From: an uncultured Gammaproteobacteria bacterium
Lineage (GTDB): Bacteria > Cyanobacteriota > Vampirovibrionia > JBFMGH01
Direction of reading: 5' to 3'
DNA length: 64,000 bases
Assembly: GCA_964517135.1 (NCBI GenBank)
Contig: CAZFBA010000004.1
Span: forward strand, 68,360-132,359
In this document: positions 58,239 through 64,000 of the stretch, one piece after another
Layout: each line of letters starts with the position of its first letter
Numbering within the stretch: the first letter of the stretch is position 1
Translations under genes and position numbers: made by a program
Notes under the pieces: generated by a model
Databases searched by the model: none
What the model saw: only the letters and a program-made list of their open reading frames with translations
Told to the model about the DNA's origin: nothing

Positions 58239-58642
58239 ACTTTTAAAGATTGAAGCATCTTTCTAACGTTGTCAAAACCCAGTTCTTTAGCTATTGAATT
58301 AGCTGTGCCGGTTGCAATATCTTTTCCACCGCCGTGAACAGGAATAGGGATATTGACAGCCTGAGGTTGTATGCCGATTTTTGTCGCTACATGTGCCGGT
58401 ATTTTACCTACTAGATGGGTTCCATGATTACCATGACCTTTTGATAGACTTAAATTTAAAGCTTTTGCAACTTTTGATATTTTCCTTAAGTCGAGTACCG
58501 CACCCTTGAAGGCAACTTCATCTACTGGAGGCTGTCTTAAAAGCTTATTTGGTTGACCCGGTGCCATTTTTTGAGGATGATTATTATGTGTTATTGGCTT
58601 TTCAAAGCCTCTAAATCTCACTTCAGATAGATTGATAGACAT
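58235..58642 (-). CDS. HicA-like RNase domain with N-terminal F-x-G extension (start reassigned to MSINLSEV)
   Basis: GTH, IPIPVHGGGKDIATGTANSIAKELG match the HicA pattern (GSH...VP.H..KD...GT..SI...G); SD AAGGTGG. Confidence 0.72.
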   Translation of the reverse strand: MSINLSEVRFRGFEKPITHNNHPQKMAPGQPNKLLRQPPVDEVAFKGAVLDLRKISKVAKALNLSLSKGHGNHGTHLVGKIPAHVATKIGIQPQAVNIPIPVHGGGKDIATGTANSIAKELGFDNVRKMLQSLKV

Positions 58643-58824
58643 ATACCACCTTTTTAATCCACTGTTGATTTTATTAACTACTGTTGTAAAACACCTGAAA
58701 GGCAAAAGTTGCTATTTTTTATTTAACAATTTAATATTTTTTAAAATCTTATGTTTGAAACTTTTTTTTAGAGAGATAAAATTGAATCTGGTGCAAAGCA
58801 AAATTAATCAGGGAAAATAAACCA

Positions 58825-60639
58825 GTGAGTCATTCTCTAGAAGGCATTTCTAACTATATAAATGTATCTATAGACCGCTTGCGGGGAGAAAAAACCAAGG
58901 AAGTACTTCTGTTTTTTCTTCTTTGTGTTGCAATAAACCTGATTGGTGGTATTGATACAGCTTCAAGAAGGCTTTTGTATCTTGATATGCTGGGTACTGC
59001 CCTTGCAGGTATTGCTCTTGGCCCGTGGTGGGGTGCCAGTGTTGGTCTTGTGACAAATCTTTTGCTCTATTTTATGCTTCCAGAATCTCCGAGTTTGCTA
59101 TATTTTGCAGTTGTTAATATACTGGGCGGGCTTTACTGGGGTTATATGTGCAACCTTAAACTGCTCAGGCCTATTGAGGGTATACGCTCTATACAGCGTA
59201 TTTTTACACTTGATGGTCTGAAAAAGTCTCTTTGGTTTATTTTTATGTCTGGCGGTATTATCCTTTCGATACCGGTTATAATTATTTTAAAGTATGTTCT
59301 TGGCTATATTGGTGAAGATGTAGGGCTTGAGCGGTATTTATACTACATTATAACCAATGTTATAGATAAATTGCTCTGTGTGGTTATTGCAACTGTCATT
59401 ATTTGTAGTTTTTTCCCGGCACTGGCTTCTCATTTGCATAGAGACAAACCCCAGATATCTTATGGAGTGAGTACCCGTTCTATTGTCTGGTTCTGGGGAC
59501 TTTATCTTGTGCCGTGTGCAATATATTTTATTAAAAAGCCGGGTTTCTGGTATTTATGGCTTTTGCCCTATTTGCTGGCTACTTTTGTTCCGCTTTCTGC
59601 AAAAAAGGAGGATGATACCCAGCATAAAAATGATATTGATCTCTCATCTATTACGTATGGTGCTCTTTTCTGGCTGGTTCTGGCCAGTATTGCTACTTTT
59701 GTTGAGTTTGTTTATTTTGCGGCAAATAATGTTACACCAAAATATAACATTTATCACACAGCGGGAGAAATTCAGTATAAGCTAATTATTGCAGATGCTT
59801 TTTCTCTATCTCTCGTTATAGGCTTAATAGGTATTGTTTTTGCAGTTCTTATTCAGGCAGTTAAACAACGTGAAAATAGAGAAATTATTAAAAAGGTTGA
59901 GATGGCTAGAGATAAAATTGCAACAGATATTCATAATGACCCGCTGCAAATGATATCAGTTTTGAGAAGAAAGATATCTACTATGGAAAACCATATAAAC
60001 AAACTAAAAGATGATATAAATACCATTGGTGCAGAAAAATGTGATAGTGAAATCTTTAAATCTCTTGAAAAAAGAATGAATGAACTAAATAAAACTTTTT
60101 CTAACTATTATGCCAGTTATCTACCTGAACTTGATGGCAGTATACGAAGAATTATTAAGCCACTCAGTCAGAAAGATTCTTATGATATTATTCAGGCTGG
60201 TTTGATTCAGAAGGTTAAAGATCTGGTTCATGATTTTAAAGAAAGAAACAAATACATATGTATTATTGAGAATATAAATATCACTGAAAATGAACTACCT
60301 AAAACACGTTCAGATCGAAATGACTGGCAAATAGAACTTGTTAAGATTCTTAAAGAGATTTTTAATAACATTGAAAAACACTCTCAAGCCTCAAATGTTA
60401 AATTAACCTTAACAAGAGTAAATATACGCAATAAAAAAAGGCTGCTTCTTTCTGTTAGTGATGATGGCACCGGTTTTGATCATAATAAAGCTAGGGTAAA
60501 CCCTGATAGCTTTGGAATTTACGAAATAACAACACGGGCAAAAGAAATTGGTGCTACAATACAATGGGAATACCTTAATCTCCAAAATGCAGATAAAAAA
60601 GGCACTATTGTAACTCTTGATATACCTTATGATTATTAA
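58825..60639 (+). CDS. Membrane sensor histidine kinase (HisKA_3 type) with ECF S-component-like N-terminus
   Basis: LYLDMLGT.LAGIALGPWWGA.VGLVTN; RDKIATDIHND H-box; EIFNNIEKHS, DDGTGF, GT boxes. Confidence 0.88.
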   Translation: MSHSLEGISNYINVSIDRLRGEKTKEVLLFFLLCVAINLIGGIDTASRRLLYLDMLGTALAGIALGPWWGASVGLVTNLLLYFMLPESPSLLYFAVVNILGGLYWGYMCNLKLLRPIEGIRSIQRIFTLDGLKKSLWFIFMSGGIILSIPVIIILKYVLGYIGEDVGLERYLYYIITNVIDKLLCVVIATVIICSFFPALASHLHRDKPQISYGVSTRSIVWFWGLYLVPCAIYFIKKPGFWYLWLLPYLLATFVPLSAKKEDDTQHKNDIDLSSITYGALFWLVLASIATFVEFVYFAANNVTPKYNIYHTAGEIQYKLIIADAFSLSLVIGLIGIVFAVLIQAVKQRENREIIKKVEMARDKIATDIHNDPLQMISVLRRKISTMENHINKLKDDINTIGAEKCDSEIFKSLEKRMNELNKTFSNYYASYLPELDGSIRRIIKPLSQKDSYDIIQAGLIQKVKDLVHDFKERNKYICIIENINITENELPKTRSDRNDWQIELVKILKEIFNNIEKHSQASNVKLTLTRVNIRNKKRLLLSVSDDGTGFDHNKARVNPDSFGIYEITTRAKEIGATIQWEYLNLQNADKKGTIVTLDIPYDY

Positions 60640-60654
60640 TATTGGAGGAAAACA

Positions 60655-61365
60655 ATGACAAGGTTTCTAATCGTTGATGATCACCCGATGGTAAGGAGGG
60701 CAACAAAAGAACTTCTTCTTGAAAACTTTCAAGATGCAGAGATTTTAGAGTCAAGCTCCGCCCAGGACTCAATAGAACTGAGCATAAAAGAAAAACCAGA
60801 TCTTATAATTATGGATATATTCTTTAAAGACCAGAAAATAGATGGCATAACTGCTGTTGAAGAAATAGTAAAGACTTTCAGTGATGCACGTGTAATAATT
60901 ATTTCAAACGAAGATAACGTTAATTATATCCGCAGGTTGCAGCAGAGCGAAGCAAAACTTGAAGAAAATTTTGGCTATATACTGAAAAATGAACCTGAAG
61001 AAAATATTTTAGAAGCCATAAAAACTGTATTAAACGGTGATTTTTATTATAGCAAATCTATTTTCAGGCGATTGATAAGCTCTGACGATATAAGCAAAAA
61101 CGATTTGCCACCAATGGTACAGCCTCTCAGCGAAGGAGAACTGCACGTTCTTAAAGGAGTTGCAAAAGGTAAAACAAATGAAAAAATAGCTACTGAATTA
61201 AATATTTCCAGGCGAACTGTTGATGCAAGACTTTGCTCGGTCTACTCAAAATTGCTGGTTGGAGAAGTAAAAGATGGTGTTATACCAAGGGTTGAAGCTG
61301 TTTTAAGAGCAAAGAAGTATGCTATTATTTCAGATGATGATATATCACTTTCTGAAGAATTTTAA
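60655..61365 (+). CDS. NarL/LuxR-family response regulator
   Basis: IVDDHPMVR, PDLIIMDI, GYILK; HTH LSEGELHVL..VAKG.TNEKIA.EL.IS.RTV. Confidence 0.93.
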   Translation: MTRFLIVDDHPMVRRATKELLLENFQDAEILESSSAQDSIELSIKEKPDLIIMDIFFKDQKIDGITAVEEIVKTFSDARVIIISNEDNVNYIRRLQQSEAKLEENFGYILKNEPEENILEAIKTVLNGDFYYSKSIFRRLISSDDISKNDLPPMVQPLSEGELHVLKGVAKGKTNEKIATELNISRRTVDARLCSVYSKLLVGEVKDGVIPRVEAVLRAKKYAIISDDDISLSEEF

Positions 61366-61499
61366 AAGACCTTAATGCTAACAATTTAGCGGTTTTATTT
61401 ATGAATAATCTATAAACTTTTTTTGAACAATTTTGACGCCAGACTTTTATATAGTATACTTTTTGAAGGGTTAGTGAAATCAAAGAAGAACAAAAAATT

Positions 61500-61910
61500 A
61501 TGAATATTAGCTATTTAAAAGAATTAACATTACTTATGCTTGCTGTTATTATTACACTGGGTTGTGCTACAGCCTGTGTGCAGCAGGGAAGTAAAGAAAT
61601 GCCGGCTGAAGCAAAGAAATATTTACCACAGGCCCAGAAATATTGTGCGGATAATAATCTTATGCTTGGAAATTACCTTGGTAAAACTATTATCAGGGCT
61701 AAAGATTATGAACCTTCTGCAGGGTCAAAAGAACCAGTTGTTTACGAGTGGAATGTAACCAATAAGAAGTCTAAAGAGAAATTTGTGTTATGGGTTGGCC
61801 CTATTATGCCAATGTTTCCCGGTATGAAGCCGCATGTAACACTCGGTAAAGACCGTTATAACATCAAAGGCAAAAAAGTAGAACAGAAAGAAGATAAGTC
61901 TGAAAACTAA
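61500..61910 (+). CDS. Hypothetical lipoprotein
   Basis: Hydrophobic signal with lipobox-like TLGC or ATAC. Confidence 0.65.
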   Translation: MNISYLKELTLLMLAVIITLGCATACVQQGSKEMPAEAKKYLPQAQKYCADNNLMLGNYLGKTIIRAKDYEPSAGSKEPVVYEWNVTNKKSKEKFVLWVGPIMPMFPGMKPHVTLGKDRYNIKGKKVEQKEDKSEN

Positions 61911-61922
61911 TAATAAAGTCTC

Positions 61923-61951
61923 AAAGAGCCACCGGCCGGGTGGTTTCTTTT
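61923..61951. terminator. Bidirectional terminator
   Basis: AAAGAGCCACC...GGTGGTTTCTTT between convergent genes. Confidence 0.75.
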
Positions 61952-61975
61952 ATGGTTTGCCGATAATGCTTAATT

Positions 61976-62560
61976 TTAAGAATTATCAGAGATTATATCA
62001 AATAAAAGTTTTACGATTTCTTCTTTGCCCAGTTTGGTTTTAGCTGAAAAAGCATATATTTCAGTGTTTAGAGTATTTTTATGGTTTAAAATCAGTTTTT
62101 TGACTTTGCTTTTGGAGACGTAATCCATCTTGGTGAATACTGTCAGGATGGGTATTTTATAATAATCCAGCCATTCTCTCATTTGAAAGTCATTTTGTTG
62201 AATTTCATGGCGACTATCTATGAGTTGTATAGCTCTTATAATTTCTTTACGGTTAAGAAGGTATTCTTCAATGCGTTTTTTCCATTTTTGCTGTTCAGCG
62301 GCAGAACGTTTTGCATAGCCATAACCCGGCAGGTCAGTCAGGATAAAGTCTTCGTTAATTTGAAAGAGATTTATCAGTCTTGTTTTACCGGGATGTTTAC
62401 CGATATAGGCCAGGTTTTTTCTATTACACAGCGTATTAATAAAAGAAGATTTACCTACATTAGACCTTCCTACAATGATAAATTCTGGTAAGTTATTTAC
62501 CGGTGCATCTTTAATACTCGTGGCACTTGTTAGAAAAGTTGATGTTTTAATTTTAGACAT
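61976..62560 (-). CDS. engB: Ribosome biogenesis GTPase YihA/YsxC
   Basis: GRSNVGKSS, PGKT, DLPGYGYA, TKMD. Confidence 0.96.
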   Translation of the reverse strand: MSKIKTSTFLTSATSIKDAPVNNLPEFIIVGRSNVGKSSFINTLCNRKNLAYIGKHPGKTRLINLFQINEDFILTDLPGYGYAKRSAAEQQKWKKRIEEYLLNRKEIIRAIQLIDSRHEIQQNDFQMREWLDYYKIPILTVFTKMDYVSKSKVKKLILNHKNTLNTEIYAFSAKTKLGKEEIVKLLFDIISDNS

Positions 62561-62565
62561 TTAAG

Positions 62566-62961
62566 TTAGCCTTCTATGAGTTTTAACCAGACTTCTCTTG
62601 TTCGTGGGCCGTCAAATTCAGCAAAGTAAATGCCCTGCCATCTGCCAAGCATTATCTTGCCGTTGTCAATGATTATGGTTTCAGAGGGGCCAATCAGACT
62701 GGTTTTGGTGTGAGAATCTGAATTACCTTCCATATGTTTAAATTCTTTATAGTTAGGGACAATTTTACCGGTAGCATAAGCGATATCTTCTTGTACGGCC
62801 GGGTCATAAGATTCATTAATTGTAATAGCTCCCGTAGTATGAGGGCAATAGACAATACAAATTCCGTTTTTTATTGTGCTTTTTAAAATAGCCTGTCTTA
62901 CTTGATCCGTGATATCAACCAGCTCGCAACGTTGATGGGTTTTTAAACTAAATTTTTCCAT
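62566..62961 (-). CDS. yjbQ: YjbQ/UPF0047 family protein
   Basis: DIT..V, PHTTGAITINE, H.EGNSDSH.K, LGRWQGIYFAEFDGPR. Confidence 0.93.
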   Translation of the reverse strand: MEKFSLKTHQRCELVDITDQVRQAILKSTIKNGICIVYCPHTTGAITINESYDPAVQEDIAYATGKIVPNYKEFKHMEGNSDSHTKTSLIGPSETIIIDNGKIMLGRWQGIYFAEFDGPRTREVWLKLIEG

Positions 62962-63259
62962 TAATACCTCCTGAGTTTATGAAAAAAGTTTTTTCCTTAT
63001 AAAACACAAAAAACATCAATTAAGGGGGTTTGATTATTATACTTGAGAAGTTTACAATTTGAAGGGTTATCAGGTGACACCATTTCTGGTTTATATATTA
63101 TGTCGTTGCAGGTGTTTTTGTGTAAATTCATTTTTTTTCAATTGCTGATTTCTTTACATTTAAAACATTTTACTGGACGACTATACGTATGATCATGGTA
63201 TATTCTAAAATTAATATACTAAAAATGAAGCAAAGATCAAAGAAAAGGCTGATTATCTC

Positions 63260-63913
63260 TTGAAAAAATCTGAAATATATAAGTATCCAAGAAATATTCT
63301 TATTCCGGTTGTTTTGTTGTTAATTGGAATGGTTGTAGTGTTTGTTGTTTATAAAATGAGCAGTCAGCCGATTGTTGAAACACCTGAACTTAACTCTTCA
63401 ATTAAGCTGCCAATCAATACCAGAGCAGATTTCAGGATTGATGCCAGTGCTAAGCTTGGTGATGAAGATGAAGAGCAGACAAATGTAAATTTTACAGGTG
63501 ATAGTGGTCTGAATATAGACATTTCTAATGGTAAAATTATTGTTGAGACACTTGAACTTCAGGCAGAGAAGATAGATTTTCCTGAATATAAACTTGTTAC
63601 AACACCTGTTACAATTAACCTGAACTCTCAATATCCTTCAACGGGTGAAATTAGACTTGATACAGGAGAGATTGATCTAAGTCTGGATATGATTCTGGCC
63701 TTTTCAATACAAAAAGAAAATGGTAAATTTATACCTGTAGATATCAATATGACGGTTCCATTCAGCGGGACTATTGACAGGAATTCTGGTATAATAAAGC
63801 TCTCAGGAGAAGCGACAATACCGCCAGATAAACTTCTAACTCCCCTGCCTGTATGTGTTGGAGTAATAGCAACTACGTCTCCACGAGAGGAGCAAAGTGT
63901 TGATGATAAGTAG
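63260..63913 (+). CDS. Hypothetical membrane-anchored beta-rich protein
   Basis: N-terminal TM segment; alternating hydrophobic beta pattern. Confidence 0.7.
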   Translation: MKKSEIYKYPRNILIPVVLLLIGMVVVFVVYKMSSQPIVETPELNSSIKLPINTRADFRIDASAKLGDEDEEQTNVNFTGDSGLNIDISNGKIIVETLELQAEKIDFPEYKLVTTPVTINLNSQYPSTGEIRLDTGEIDLSLDMILAFSIQKENGKFIPVDINMTVPFSGTIDRNSGIIKLSGEATIPPDKLLTPLPVCVGVIATTSPREEQSVDDK

Positions 63914-63931
63914 GAATTAGGTGATATGGAT

Positions 63932-64000
63932 ATGCAAACACTAGAAAAGAAACTTATTAGAACGCATTGGTGTACTGATTTAACAAAAGAAAATACAGGA
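63932..64000 (+). CDS. aspS: Probable 5' end of aspartyl-tRNA synthetase, cut by the window edge
   Basis: MQTLEKKLIRTHWCTDLTKENTG resembles the AspRS N-terminal RTH.C..L....G motif; SD AGGTGA. Confidence 0.55.
   Translation, partial: MQTLEKKLIRTHWCTDLTKENTG

Noticed and set aside
210-63631. Many 60-140 aa ORFs nested in or antisense to long genes
   Set aside because: Shadow ORFs with no SD or recognisable motifs, overlapping well-supported CDSs

Overview
AT-rich bacterial chromosomal window with no rRNA or CRISPR array and one tRNA (Leu-TAA). Gene content points, by inference only, to a non-photosynthetic, flagellated relative of Cyanobacteria (Vampirovibrionia/Melainabacteria-like): fliD, a sucrose-phosphate-synthase-like GT4, carbamoyltransferase plus SxtJ-like gene, and many orphan proteins with low-complexity N-termini ending in F-x-G motifs. 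Housekeeping genes include a MutT-like NUDIX, class II photolyase, ybaB-recR, fumarase, eda, engB, yjbQ and the 5' end of aspS. The main candidates for new biology are: (1) a recurrent non-Sec N-terminal leader with F-x-G / LxxxY[FY] motifs on unrelated cargos, including three tandem M18 peptidases and an antitoxin-less HicA-like RNase, suggesting an uncharacterised export or targeting system; (2) an 18.7-24.2 kb island of signal-less Gln/Asn-rich proteins with a duplicated, structured leader whose conserved hairpin loop is anti-Shine-Dalgarno-like; (3) a radical SAM-ferredoxin-3x PlsA/PlsR-like reductase operon lacking the ATPase activase (possible ether or membrane-spanning lipid pathway); (4) a non-coding array of orphan GGAG motifs ending in a terminator (CsrB-like candidate); (5) an ICL/PEP-mutase-family lyase in front of homoaconitase-like and homoisocitrate-dehydrogenase-like genes. 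An unlisted IS110 remnant and several MITE/REP-like repeat families were also found. All family assignments are from motif recognition by eye; no searches were run.
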